Assembly (NCBI GenBank): GCA_017464285.1
Contig: JAFUDT010000013.1
Coordinates: 379,175-443,174, forward strand
From: Bacteroidales bacterium
GTDB taxonomy: Bacteria; Bacteroidota; Bacteroidia; Bacteroidales; UBA1402
DNA length: 64,000 nucleotides
Reading direction: 5' to 3'
The notes beneath the pieces are model-generated. The model was not told the DNA's origin. It was given only the letters and a program-made list of their open reading frames with translations, and searched no databases. Below, one piece after another: positions 34,706 through 44,735 of this stretch (positions within the stretch are counted from its first letter, which is position 1; each line of letters opens with the position of its first letter). A program made the translations under genes and the position numbers.

Positions 34706-36790
34706 ATGAATCAATCTCAATACAACCAACTCTTCTCTTTTATCTGGAATATTGCAACAGATGTGCTAGTTTATGCCTTTGAGAAAGGTGAGTATAAGAA
34801 AATCATCATGCCGATGATGGTCTTGCGTCGTATCGACGTTCTTCTGGAACCAACAAAGGAACACTTGCTGGCTCAGAAGAAGATGTTGGATGATAACAAC
34901 ATCAATAACCAGGATCCTATTCTTTTTACGGTGACTGGTTATCCGTTCTACAACACTTCGCTTTTCACAATGAAGACGCTGAAAAGCGAAACTGACCCAT
35001 TACGCCTGAAGATGAACTTCACGGATTATCTCAATGGCTTTAGTAAGGATGTCCAGGATATTCTTGATAAGTTCCATCTAAGGCAGATGGTGGATAACCT
35101 TACTGAAGCAGAGCGTTTGGGTAGCATCATTGAGAAATTTACCGATGACAAAATAAACCTCTCGAACAAACCCGTGCTTAACGATGACGGAAACGTAAAA
35201 TTACCGGCCCTCGATAACCATACGATGGGCACGATGTTTGAGGAGTTGCTTCGTAAGTTCAATGAGGAGAACAACGTAACTGAAGCTGGTGAGCACTTCA
35301 CACCCCGTGATTATGTGAAACTACTTGCCGACCTCGCCGTGCTTCCTGTTGCTGACAAGATTACAGACAATACTTACAACATCTATGATGGCGCTTGTGG
35401 AACTGGAGGTATTCTCACGATTGCACAAGACAGTATTCAGGAGATTGCTGAAAAGCTTGATAAACGTGTTATTGTGAATATCTATGGGCAGGAGTTGCAA
35501 CCGGAAACGTATGCTACATGTAAGGCCGATTTGATGATATCTGGAAATATCAAGTCTTTCCAATATGCTTTTGGCACTCAACAGCGTGAATATATTGCTT
35601 TCGATAGCACCATTTCACGCGACGGCCACGCTGGAGAGAATTTTGATTTCTGCATCTCCAATCCACCATTCGGCACTCCATGGAAAGAGGATTTGAAGAA
35701 ACGGGGATTGGGTGAGAATGAAAAAAAGAAATTCACGGATAGTCGTTTCCAGCTGTTAGATAAAGATGGCAATGAAATTTCTTTCATCCCGGACATCGGT
35801 GACTGCCAGATGATGTTCCTTGCCAACAATCTGTCACGTATGCGTGACGATACGCCACTTGGCACTCGCATCGTTGAGGTACACAACGGCTCCAGCTTGT
35901 TTACGGGCGATGCCGGCAGCGGTGCCAGCAACTTACGCCAATACATCATTGAGAACGACTTGCTCGAAGCCATCGTTGCCATGCCAGAGAAAGACTTTTA
36001 CAACACAGGTATTGGCACTTTCGTATGGGTCATAACCAACCGCAAAGAAGACAGGCGAAAGGGCTTCGTGCAGCTCATAGATGCTACAGAGATAAAGACT
36101 CCGCTTCGCAAGAATCTTGGCGAGAAGAACTGTGAAACGGCAGAGGAAGACCGCAAAGCCATCCTTAAACTGCTGATGGACTTTGAGGAAACACCGCAAA
36201 GCAAGATATTTCCTAACAACGAGTTTGGCTATTGGAGCGTGAAGGTGTGTCGTCCGCTGCGACTGAAATCGCAGATTACGAACAATGGCATAGCCCTTTG
36301 CATCCAGGATAAAAAGTTCAAGGACATGCAAGACTGGCTTTCACGTCTATTTGAGGAAACCCAAGGCAAGGTATATCTTGACTTTAATTTGTTCATTAAA
36401 GAAGCTAAGGCTGCAACAAAGAAGCACGGCTTCAAATGGAAGAAATCTAATCGAGATGCCCTGCAGCGCTATTTCAGTGAGGTCTGCCCTGATGCCGAAA
36501 TTGTCGTCGATGATAACGGATGCCACGTACCCGACAAAGATCTAGAAGATTCTGAGATTATCCCGTTCCGTTATGAGAATGGCATCGAAGCCTTCCTTCA
36601 GAACGAGATACTTCCTTATACGCCTGATGCGTGGATTGACAAAGAAAGTATTCAGACGGGCTACGAACTTTCGTTCACCAAATACTTCTATAAGCCAAAG
36701 CAGCTGCGTACTATTGAAGAAATCAGCAAAGATATTCGTGGTATAGAGGAACGCACAGACGGATTGTTGAACGAAATCTTAGGAAAGTAA
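34706..36790 (+). CDS. hsdM: Type I restriction-modification system methyltransferase subunit
   Basis: 694 aa; AdoMet motif I YDGACGTGGIL, catalytic motif IV ISNPPFG; HsdM_N-like N-terminus; 1-nt gap to hsdS. Confidence 0.93.
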   Translation: MNQSQYNQLFSFIWNIATDVLVYAFEKGEYKKIIMPMMVLRRIDVLLEPTKEHLLAQKKMLDDNNINNQDPILFTVTGYPFYNTSLFTMKTLKSETDPLRLKMNFTDYLNGFSKDVQDILDKFHLRQMVDNLTEAERLGSIIEKFTDDKINLSNKPVLNDDGNVKLPALDNHTMGTMFEELLRKFNEENNVTEAGEHFTPRDYVKLLADLAVLPVADKITDNTYNIYDGACGTGGILTIAQDSIQEIAEKLDKRVIVNIYGQELQPETYATCKADLMISGNIKSFQYAFGTQQREYIAFDSTISRDGHAGENFDFCISNPPFGTPWKEDLKKRGLGENEKKKFTDSRFQLLDKDGNEISFIPDIGDCQMMFLANNLSRMRDDTPLGTRIVEVHNGSSLFTGDAGSGASNLRQYIIENDLLEAIVAMPEKDFYNTGIGTFVWVITNRKEDRRKGFVQLIDATEIKTPLRKNLGEKNCETAEEDRKAILKLLMDFEETPQSKIFPNNEFGYWSVKVCRPLRLKSQITNNGIALCIQDKKFKDMQDWLSRLFEETQGKVYLDFNLFIKEAKAATKKHGFKWKKSNRDALQRYFSEVCPDAEIVVDDNGCHVPDKDLEDSEIIPFRYENGIEAFLQNEILPYTPDAWIDKESIQTGYELSFTKYFYKPKQLRTIEEISKDIRGIEERTDGLLNEILGK

Positions 36791-36791
36791 T

Positions 36792-38054
36792 ATGGAGAGG
36801 TATAGTTCATATAAAGATAGTGGCATCTCGTGGATTGGTAAAATACCAGAGCATTGGGAGGTATGCAGAATGAAACGTGTTTTTTCGGAAGCAAAAGAAA
36901 AAACCACAACAGAAAGTGAAACACTTTTAAGTTTATCTCAATATACAGGAATCACGTTGAAAGATGATGCGAAAAAAGTTGGTATGTTTGAAGCCGAATC
37001 AACTATTGGGTATAATGTTGTTCATCCAGGTCAGTTTGTAATGAATATTATGTTGGCTTGGAATGGCAGCTATGCTGTATCTGATTATGAGGGTATTATT
37101 TCCCCATCTTATTGTGTCTTTAATTTCAATGAAGATTGCGAAAAGAAATACTTCCACTATCTTTTAAGGCTGCCAGCTTATGCGGGAGCTTTCAAAACTA
37201 TGTCAAAAGGCATAATTGAAAGCAGGCTTCGACTTTACCCAGTCTACTTTCTTGCTTTCAAAACCATAATTCCACCTCTCAACGAGCAACAATCCATTGT
37301 TGCCTACATCGAAGAAAAAACTTCCAAGATAGATGCTTATGTAGTAGACAAGGAGAAAGAGTTACGGCTGCTTAACGAGTTAAAAGAAACCGAAATTGCA
37401 AACGTCGTCACGCAAGGGCTTAACCATAATGTGAAGATGAAAGACTCCGGCATCCCTTGGATTGGGATGATACCTGAGCATTGGGAAATGGTTAAACTGA
37501 AAGTGTATTGTAAAGAGAATAAGGAAAAGAATAGGAATAATCAAGAGTCCACAGTTTTATCTTTAAGTTACGGTAATGTAATAGTTAAACAAGACTTGAA
37601 TGCAGGGCTTTTGCCAGAAAACTATGACTCCTATCAAATTGTCAACCCTGGGTATATAATACTTCGGCTCACTGATTTGCAAAACGATCACAAAAGTCTT
37701 AGGACTGGGTTAGTGAAAAATAGAGGAATAATAACCAATGCGTATGTAGGATTGATAGTAGAGAAAATAAATCCTGCTTATACAAGATTCCTTCTCCATT
37801 CTTATGACTTGAAAAAATTGTTTTACAGTATGGGCGGAGGATTACGTCAATCCATGAGTTACAAGGATGTAGCTAATCTTATGATTTGCGTTCCTCCTCT
37901 TAGCGAACAGCGTGCCATTGTTGAACATATCGAAAACAAGTGCAACAAAGTAAATTCTCTCATTTCCGAATTGGAAGCTGAAATAGAATATCTCAAAGAG
38001 TATAAACAACGTTTGATCGCTGACTGCGTGACAGGGCAAATCAACGTACAATAA
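36792..38054 (+). CDS. hsdS: Type I restriction-modification system specificity subunit
   Basis: 420 aa with two half-repeats (SGISWIGKIPEHWEVCRMKRVF / SGIPWIGMIPEHWEMVKLKVYC; ...PPLNEQQSIVAYIE / ...PPLSEQRAIVEHIE), as expected for two TRDs plus conserved spacers. Confidence 0.92.
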   Translation: MERYSSYKDSGISWIGKIPEHWEVCRMKRVFSEAKEKTTTESETLLSLSQYTGITLKDDAKKVGMFEAESTIGYNVVHPGQFVMNIMLAWNGSYAVSDYEGIISPSYCVFNFNEDCEKKYFHYLLRLPAYAGAFKTMSKGIIESRLRLYPVYFLAFKTIIPPLNEQQSIVAYIEEKTSKIDAYVVDKEKELRLLNELKETEIANVVTQGLNHNVKMKDSGIPWIGMIPEHWEMVKLKVYCKENKEKNRNNQESTVLSLSYGNVIVKQDLNAGLLPENYDSYQIVNPGYIILRLTDLQNDHKSLRTGLVKNRGIITNAYVGLIVEKINPAYTRFLLHSYDLKKLFYSMGGGLRQSMSYKDVANLMICVPPLSEQRAIVEHIENKCNKVNSLISELEAEIEYLKEYKQRLIADCVTGQINVQ

Positions 38055-38065
38055 AAGATTTTAAT

Positions 38066-38503
38066 ATGGACAAGAATTTTTGGAATACAGTTTTATCAAA
38101 CCTATCTTCGCCAGACAAAGTATCTGTGAGAAGGTATGAGGGTGATTATTATGGCATTTTCTCATCTGAAAATAGCAATGACACATACGACTGGTTCCAT
38201 GTGAATAGTCGTCAATTAGAATTAAATCTACAAGATAAAGGTTTTTCATGGTGTTATGTGATTGAAACTGCTCCTTCAGCAACACCTTTTATATATCTTT
38301 TTACGAGTCCCAATATGTCTAAGGACTTCATAAAGGACGAACTTAACTCATATATAGAAGAAATGCCAAAAGGTCGGCATGTCTATTTCGAGGATTGTTC
38401 TTTTTCTAATATAGACATTGACAAATACGATAACAGCATATCTGCATTGGAGAAGGAGCTATATCGCAAAGCAAGTGATGTCTTTAGAGTTTACAAAGTG
38501 TAG
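38066..38503 (+). CDS. Hypothetical 145-aa protein embedded between hsdS and hsdR
   Basis: ORF with 11-nt and 26-nt gaps to its neighbours and the same strand; no signal peptide or TM; no recognisable motif. Confidence 0.55.
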   Translation: MDKNFWNTVLSNLSSPDKVSVRRYEGDYYGIFSSENSNDTYDWFHVNSRQLELNLQDKGFSWCYVIETAPSATPFIYLFTSPNMSKDFIKDELNSYIEEMPKGRHVYFEDCSFSNIDIDKYDNSISALEKELYRKASDVFRVYKV

Positions 38504-38529
38504 AATCATATATAATATTAGAAATTTTT

Positions 38530-41493
38530 ATGCCTACAGATACCAGCGAAAAGAATCTTGAAACTATCCTTGTCAGTTATTTGTGCAACCAACACAAATA
38601 CGAGCAGGGCGTAAGTGAGAACTATAATAAAGACTACGCGCTCGACACTGAGCGTGTGAAGCGTTTCCTTCTCTCCACACAAAAGCTAAAGGTGGAGAAC
38701 ACCGCTTGTTTTGCAAGCGAGGTGTCTGAGCGCAAATTTTTCACTGAGCTAAATAAGCAACTGGCAACCAACGGTATAACACATATACTACGTAAAGGGT
38801 TCCGCTACATATCAGAGATATTCGATATGTATTATCCGCTTCCATCTGAGCTGAATCCTACTGCTAAGGAGCTGTATGGCAAAAATATATTCTGCGTCAC
38901 CCGGCAGCTATTCTACAGCAAAGAAAATAGCAACAGCATTGATGTGATGATTTCGCTAAATGGCTTGCCCGTCATGACATTGGAACTGAAAAACCACTAT
39001 ACCAATCAGACGATTGAGAATGCTGTTACCCAGTACCAAAACGACCGCGACCCGAAAGACCCCTTGCTGGCTCCCAAAAGGTGCGCCGTACATTTTGCCG
39101 TTGATGATGACGACATCAAAATGTGTACTTGGCTTTCAGGCAAATCATCGTGGTTCCTACCATTCAACAAAGGTGTAAATGGAGGAGCCGGAAATCCAAT
39201 CAATCCCAATGGGATGAGAACTGCCTATCTTTGGGAAGAAATCCTAAAGAAAGAATCTCTCTCTGACATTCTTGAAAACTACGCACAGGTAGTTGTCAAG
39301 AAAGTACGGGAGCGTGATAAGAACACGGGCAAATATAAGGAAGTTACAAAGACTTCTGTCGTATGGCCCCGCTATCACCAGTTAGATGCAGTTCGTAGTT
39401 TGCTGAAGGCAACGCGAGAAGGAGGCATCGGCCAGCGGTTCTTAATTCAACACTCAGCTGGCAGTGGTAAGTCTAATTCAATCACTTGGCTAGCCTATCA
39501 GCTTGTAGGGCTGCTGGATGGAACACAACCGCTGCTTGACAGCGTTATCGTAGTAACTGACCGTGTGAACCTTGACAATCAAATCAGGGACAACATTGCT
39601 GCATTTAAACGTCTGCAAAACCTTGTTGCTTGGGCGGACAGCGCAGACAGAAAAGATAGCAATACTTCATTGAAGAGCCTGCTGGAATCGGGGAAGAAAA
39701 TCATCATTACAATCGTACATAAATTCCCATATATTCTGGATGCAATCGGAAATGAACTAAAGAACAAACGCTTCGGCATTATCATAGATGAAGCGCATAG
39801 CAGCCAAAATGGTTCCTTGTCTGCTAAGATGAATATAGCCCTAAGTGGCAATGCTGGAGGCGACGAGATGGACTTGGAGGACCGGCTGAATCAAATTCTC
39901 GAGGGACGGAAGATGGTGAAGAATGCTAATTACTATGCATTTACTGCTACACCTAAAAATAAAACGCTGCAAATGTTCGGTCAGCCGTTTGATGCTCCAG
40001 AGGGTGAAATAGGTCACCGCCCATTCCATGAATACACCATGAAGCAAGCTATTGAAGAGGGCTTTATAATGGACGTATTGGAGAATTATACCACCTACAA
40101 TAGTTATTACAAGATAGTGAAAGCTATTGAGGAAGACCCGGAATTTGAAAAGAAACAGGCACAAAAGAAACTCCGTGCTTTTGTGGAAAGTCAGCCCGAG
40201 ACAATTCAGCAGAAAGCTTCTGTCATTGTTGAGCATTTCCATACTCAGGTTATTGGTAAAGGCAAGGTTGGAGGACAAGCTCGCGCTATGGTGGTGACAA
40301 GCAGCATCCTCCGCGCCATCGAGTTTTATTATGAGATAAAACGTCAACTGGAAGAACGCAAAAGTCCTTATAAGGCTATCGTCGCCTTCTCGGGTACTAA
40401 AGAGTATGGTGGGAAGCAGGTGTCTGAATCTGATGTAAACGGTTTCCCCTCTAAGGATATTGAGGATAATATGGAAATTGACCCATACCGCATTCTCGTT
40501 GTGGCCGATAAGTTCCAGACGGGTTATGACCAACCACTTCTTCATACTATGTACGTGGATAAGGTGCTTTCTGATGTCAAGGCTGTTCAGACGCTTTCGC
40601 GTCTTAATCGTTGCCATCCTAAGAAACGCGATACTTTTGTCCTGGACTTTGCAAATGATGCAGATGACATACAGAAAGCATTTCAGCGTTATTATAAGAC
40701 AACAATTCTTTCTAAGGAAACTGACCCGAATAAACTCAATGACCTTATTACGGAAATTGAACAGGCTAACATCTACACCGAAGACGATGTGCGTAATCTC
40801 AATGAAAAGTATTGGAGCGGCGCAGAGCGCAATGAGTTGGATCCAATAATCAATACTTCCGTTGACCGCTTCAAGACTTTGGATGAAAACGCTCAGATAC
40901 GCTGTAAGAGTAGCATCAAGTCTTTCCTGCGCATCTATCCGTTTATCGCTGCTGTTATGCCGTTCAAGAGTCAGGAGTGGGAAATGCTAAATACCTTCTT
41001 CATGTTACTTGTTCACAAGTTGCCTAAACTGAAAGGTGAAGATTTCACAGAAGGCTTGCTGGACGCAATAGACTTTGACCAATATCGGCTTGTTAAGGGT
41101 GAGGAACTGAAGATTGAATTAGAAAACAGAGATGAATCCATTGAGCCTATCCCTGTAGGACAACCTAAAGGAAAAGCTGAGCCGGAGATACAGAAGCTCA
41201 GTGACATCCTCGATGAGTTCAACGGCATCAATTGGCTGAACAAGGACAAAGCTAAACAGCAGTTAGAGGAACTGCCGACACGCCTTCAAGCGGATGAAGC
41301 ATTTGTCAATGCGGTGCGTAACAGCAACCGCCAGACGGCTATGCAACAATTCAGCCAATCTATGATGGCGATAGCTATTCAAATGCTGAATGAAAATACA
41401 GAGTTTACACGCAATTACCTTGACAATCCTGATTTTCAGAATTTCATTAACCAGCGCGTCTTCCAGAGCGCATATAATAGTGTAAGGAGATAA
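38530..41493 (+). CDS. hsdR: Type I restriction endonuclease subunit R (SF2 helicase/translocase)
   Basis: 987 aa; motif I HSAGSGKSNS, motif II IIIDEAHSSQ, motif III FTATP, motif VI QTLSRLNR; HsdR_N-type N-terminus. Confidence 0.94.
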   Translation: MPTDTSEKNLETILVSYLCNQHKYEQGVSENYNKDYALDTERVKRFLLSTQKLKVENTACFASEVSERKFFTELNKQLATNGITHILRKGFRYISEIFDMYYPLPSELNPTAKELYGKNIFCVTRQLFYSKENSNSIDVMISLNGLPVMTLELKNHYTNQTIENAVTQYQNDRDPKDPLLAPKRCAVHFAVDDDDIKMCTWLSGKSSWFLPFNKGVNGGAGNPINPNGMRTAYLWEEILKKESLSDILENYAQVVVKKVRERDKNTGKYKEVTKTSVVWPRYHQLDAVRSLLKATREGGIGQRFLIQHSAGSGKSNSITWLAYQLVGLLDGTQPLLDSVIVVTDRVNLDNQIRDNIAAFKRLQNLVAWADSADRKDSNTSLKSLLESGKKIIITIVHKFPYILDAIGNELKNKRFGIIIDEAHSSQNGSLSAKMNIALSGNAGGDEMDLEDRLNQILEGRKMVKNANYYAFTATPKNKTLQMFGQPFDAPEGEIGHRPFHEYTMKQAIEEGFIMDVLENYTTYNSYYKIVKAIEEDPEFEKKQAQKKLRAFVESQPETIQQKASVIVEHFHTQVIGKGKVGGQARAMVVTSSILRAIEFYYEIKRQLEERKSPYKAIVAFSGTKEYGGKQVSESDVNGFPSKDIEDNMEIDPYRILVVADKFQTGYDQPLLHTMYVDKVLSDVKAVQTLSRLNRCHPKKRDTFVLDFANDADDIQKAFQRYYKTTILSKETDPNKLNDLITEIEQANIYTEDDVRNLNEKYWSGAERNELDPIINTSVDRFKTLDENAQIRCKSSIKSFLRIYPFIAAVMPFKSQEWEMLNTFFMLLVHKLPKLKGEDFTEGLLDAIDFDQYRLVKGEELKIELENRDESIEPIPVGQPKGKAEPEIQKLSDILDEFNGINWLNKDKAKQQLEELPTRLQADEAFVNAVRNSNRQTAMQQFSQSMMAIAIQMLNENTEFTRNYLDNPDFQNFINQRVFQSAYNSVRR

Positions 41494-41494
41494 T

Positions 41495-43339
41495 ATGATA
41501 ACATCAAATAACGAATCTATATCTGACATCCTGAAGTCTATCGATGAGGGGAAAACGCAACTTCCCGACTTCCAGCGTGGCTGGGTGTGGGAAGATGGGC
41601 GTATTCGTGCGCTCATTGCAAGTATCAGTAATGGCTATCCTATCGGTGCTGCCATGTTCCTTCAGACTGGTGGTGAGGATATTCATTTCAAATACCGCCT
41701 CTTTGAGGGTGTGGATAAATCAAAAGAAAACGTGGAGCCTGAGCGTCTTGTCTTAGACGGACAGCAGCGCAATACTTCCATCTACCGCTCAATGTACTCC
41801 AAGAAGCCTGTTGAAACGGTGGATAGTAAGAAAAAGCCTATCAAGCGTTTCTATTATCTCAATATTCCGCTTTGTCTTGACACACTGATCGACCGCATAG
41901 ATGCGGTGGACTCTGTGCCGGAAGACAAAATCGTTCGAGAAAACATCGGCCGTGACATCAAACTCGATCTCTCGACACGCGAGAAGGAGTTTGAGGCACA
42001 TCGTTTTCCTTTGAACATCGTATTTGATTCACAGGAGATGATGAGATGGCAGCGGCAGTACACGCGTTATCACAATTCTGATGAGGTGGATGAAAACTGG
42101 GATAAATTCTACGACAATGTAATTGTCCCTATGGCCACTTATCAAATACCCGTTATTCAGGTTGGCAACGACGTTCCAAAAGAGGCCGTGTGCCAGGTAT
42201 TTGAGAATGTGAACCAAGGTGGGGTATCGCTGACTGTATTTGAACTTGTGACGGCTACTTTTGCTGCTGATAATTTTGAGCTTCGCAAAGATTGGGAACA
42301 GATATGGAAGGACTTACAACGACATCGCCAACTTTATCACAAAAAGTATCAGTCCTTCACTGGTACTGATTTCCTCACTGCGCTAACTTTGCTGGCTAGT
42401 TATGACAAGTTCAATTCTTCCAACGACAACAAGCCGAAGGCTGTATCGTGTAAGAAGAAGGATGTACTCCGTCTTACCTTCACCGACTATCAAACATATA
42501 GGGACAGGCTTTTATCTGGTTTGAATGAAGCGGTGAAGTTCTTGGAAGAGCAACGGGTATTTACCGCTATCGACATGCCTTATACAAGTCAGCTGATACC
42601 TCTTTCGGTTGCATTTGCCATCGACAAAAATCTTTGGTTTAACGCGGCCAACAGCCGGAAATTGGAACAGTGGTATTGGTGTGGCGTATTTGGTGAATTG
42701 TATGGCGGTGCCAATGAAACCCGCTATGTTACGGACATCACCGGCTTGATGGAATGGGCAAAGGATGATAATGCCGCGCCTGACACCGTGCGTCGTTCTA
42801 ACTTCCACGCTTCCCGTTTGGGTCAGTTATACACACGTAATAGTGCTGCATACAAGGGTATCATGGCACTTATCATGAAAGCGCAGGCCCGCGATTTCAT
42901 CAAAGGGTCGCAGATGGACTTCGCTTCATATGTTGGTGAAGCAACCGACATTCACCACATATTCCCTCAGCATTATTGCGAAGGACAGCACATTGATCGT
43001 GCTTTATGGAATTCTGTCATCAATAAGACACCCATCTATGCCAGGACGAACCGCATTATCGGTGGCAACGCTCCCAGTAAATACCTTTCAAGCATTGAGC
43101 GAAATCACGGTGTAGAGCCTGAAAAGCTTGATGAATATCTTGCTTCTCATATGATTGATGTGGAAGCCATTCGTACCGATGACTTCGATACCTATTTTGA
43201 CAAGCGTAAAAATGCACTTCTTGACCTCGTCGAACAGGCTACAGGCAAACCAGTAGCCGGACGCGACGAACAAGAAGCAGAAGAGCCTTCTTCTTATGAT
43301 TTGGCAGAAATGAATGAAATCGAGTGGGACGTGGAATAA
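41495..43339 (+). CDS. DUF262 (ParB-like NTPase) + C-terminal His-Me/DUF1524-like nuclease protein, GmrSD/SspE/BrxU-type
   Basis: 614 aa; LPDFQRGWVW and LDGQQR DUF262 signatures; C-terminal DIHHIFPQHY...NSVINKTP...RTN; starts 1 nt after the hsdR stop. Confidence 0.85.
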   Translation: MITSNNESISDILKSIDEGKTQLPDFQRGWVWEDGRIRALIASISNGYPIGAAMFLQTGGEDIHFKYRLFEGVDKSKENVEPERLVLDGQQRNTSIYRSMYSKKPVETVDSKKKPIKRFYYLNIPLCLDTLIDRIDAVDSVPEDKIVRENIGRDIKLDLSTREKEFEAHRFPLNIVFDSQEMMRWQRQYTRYHNSDEVDENWDKFYDNVIVPMATYQIPVIQVGNDVPKEAVCQVFENVNQGGVSLTVFELVTATFAADNFELRKDWEQIWKDLQRHRQLYHKKYQSFTGTDFLTALTLLASYDKFNSSNDNKPKAVSCKKKDVLRLTFTDYQTYRDRLLSGLNEAVKFLEEQRVFTAIDMPYTSQLIPLSVAFAIDKNLWFNAANSRKLEQWYWCGVFGELYGGANETRYVTDITGLMEWAKDDNAAPDTVRRSNFHASRLGQLYTRNSAAYKGIMALIMKAQARDFIKGSQMDFASYVGEATDIHHIFPQHYCEGQHIDRALWNSVINKTPIYARTNRIIGGNAPSKYLSSIERNHGVEPEKLDEYLASHMIDVEAIRTDDFDTYFDKRKNALLDLVEQATGKPVAGRDEQEAEEPSSYDLAEMNEIEWDVE

Positions 43340-43438
43340 AAGATCCTTAATTATTGCGCTAAACTGGTACTGTCACTCACCGTTTCCGATCACAGTGACA
43401 TTGCTTGGTGCCGTAAGTGCGTGATAATTATCGAAAAA

Positions 43439-44560
43439 CTATCTTCGTGTTAGTTGACCGATTAATTTTTCGGCATATTCTTTGCTTAAATGATGATTGA
43501 CTAAAAACTTGAGAATTAGTTTTTGGTCTTCAACCGCTTCGGCGGTCCTGATAAATGTCGGCTGGTTAATGCTGATAAAGGAAGAGAGCCTACCGTCTGT
43601 CATCTTTTGAATAGCTCGTTTGATTTCTCTCATGGACTCGGTGTCTCGAGTAAAGATTGTGATATCCTTTTTCTCTGTGTTAACGTAATCTGACTGTTTC
43701 AAGAAGAACGGCGCAAAATATTGACGGTCGTTCTCGCCAAGAGAGTGACCAAAGATCACAACTTCATCGGCCTCTCTGAGCTTTGTGACGATATCTGATG
43801 GGTTAAACGAATCGTCCATCGCCTTCTGAAGAAAGTCATAGCTCTCAGCTATTGTTTGGTCATCTCGTGTTCCAATAATTATTTTGCCGTCCTCACAAGA
43901 ACCATGTACGTATTTGATGTGAATGTCGTCAAGATTGTGATTGGGCCACCAGGGATGAGTGTAATTGAAGGTGAAGGCGTCAACAAAGGCGCCAGCTTCT
44001 TGTGTCTTTATAATCGCATGGAGTATCTGATAAGATACTTTTTTCTCGGAAATTGGCATTTTGATGGATCCCAAATAACTACAGAGTTTATCTTTGATAA
44101 GGTCTAGCGCTTTCTTGTCGCGCCAGATGGGAGATTGAAGTGCGTCGTCTTTATAGTGCTCATGGACCTCTCTATATATTCCATAATCGGTTGCGGAAAG
44201 GACCCCTTTATTGATGAGAGATTCTATCAGATTCCATTGGTTGTCATACCAACCATTTATGTATCCATAAGATGTGAATTTTTCAAGAAAGTGTCTCTCT
44301 TCTTCTGTGATAATATCCTTGGCTTTCGTTGGGTCCTTAACGATCTCATAATAATAATCTAGTAGTCCGTTTTCCAGGTCATACCATCTTACACTCTCAA
44401 GGTTGTTTGGCCAATGCTGATTCAAGTAATGGATGAGTGGAGCTGGATAATCCTTAGGGCAATAGTCTGACTCCCAAAAGTCTTTGTAGGACGTTTTGAA
44501 GCCAAGGTCAAGGTCGAATCCGTTACCTAGGATAAGCACTATTTTGCGCGGCTCAGTCAT
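43439..44560 (-). CDS. AbiH-family abortive-infection protein
   Basis: 373 aa; N-terminal IVLILGNGFDLDLGFKTSYKDFW matches the AbiH hallmark (GNGFDL..G.KTSY.DF). Confidence 0.7.
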   Translation of the reverse strand: MTEPRKIVLILGNGFDLDLGFKTSYKDFWESDYCPKDYPAPLIHYLNQHWPNNLESVRWYDLENGLLDYYYEIVKDPTKAKDIITEEERHFLEKFTSYGYINGWYDNQWNLIESLINKGVLSATDYGIYREVHEHYKDDALQSPIWRDKKALDLIKDKLCSYLGSIKMPISEKKVSYQILHAIIKTQEAGAFVDAFTFNYTHPWWPNHNLDDIHIKYVHGSCEDGKIIIGTRDDQTIAESYDFLQKAMDDSFNPSDIVTKLREADEVVIFGHSLGENDRQYFAPFFLKQSDYVNTEKKDITIFTRDTESMREIKRAIQKMTDGRLSSFISINQPTFIRTAEAVEDQKLILKFLVNHHLSKEYAEKLIGQLTRR

Positions 44561-44735
44561 GCATCTAATTATTTTCGATTACGAATCAACACTCTATTCT
44601 GATTAATGAGGTCCTTGGCCTCAAATGTACTAACATTGATTTATCCCTGCAAAGAAATAACGCGACTTTCTGCTGGTTTGTTTGCGAAAGTTCTTCCTGG
44701 CTATTATTTTTGTCCGTTGACAAAGTCTAAGAACG

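Noticed and set aside
36792-38054. Phase-variable hsdS shufflon
   Set aside because: There is only one hsdS gene. There are no silent hsdS copies, no inverted repeats within it beyond the normal two-TRD duplication, and no adjacent recombinase.
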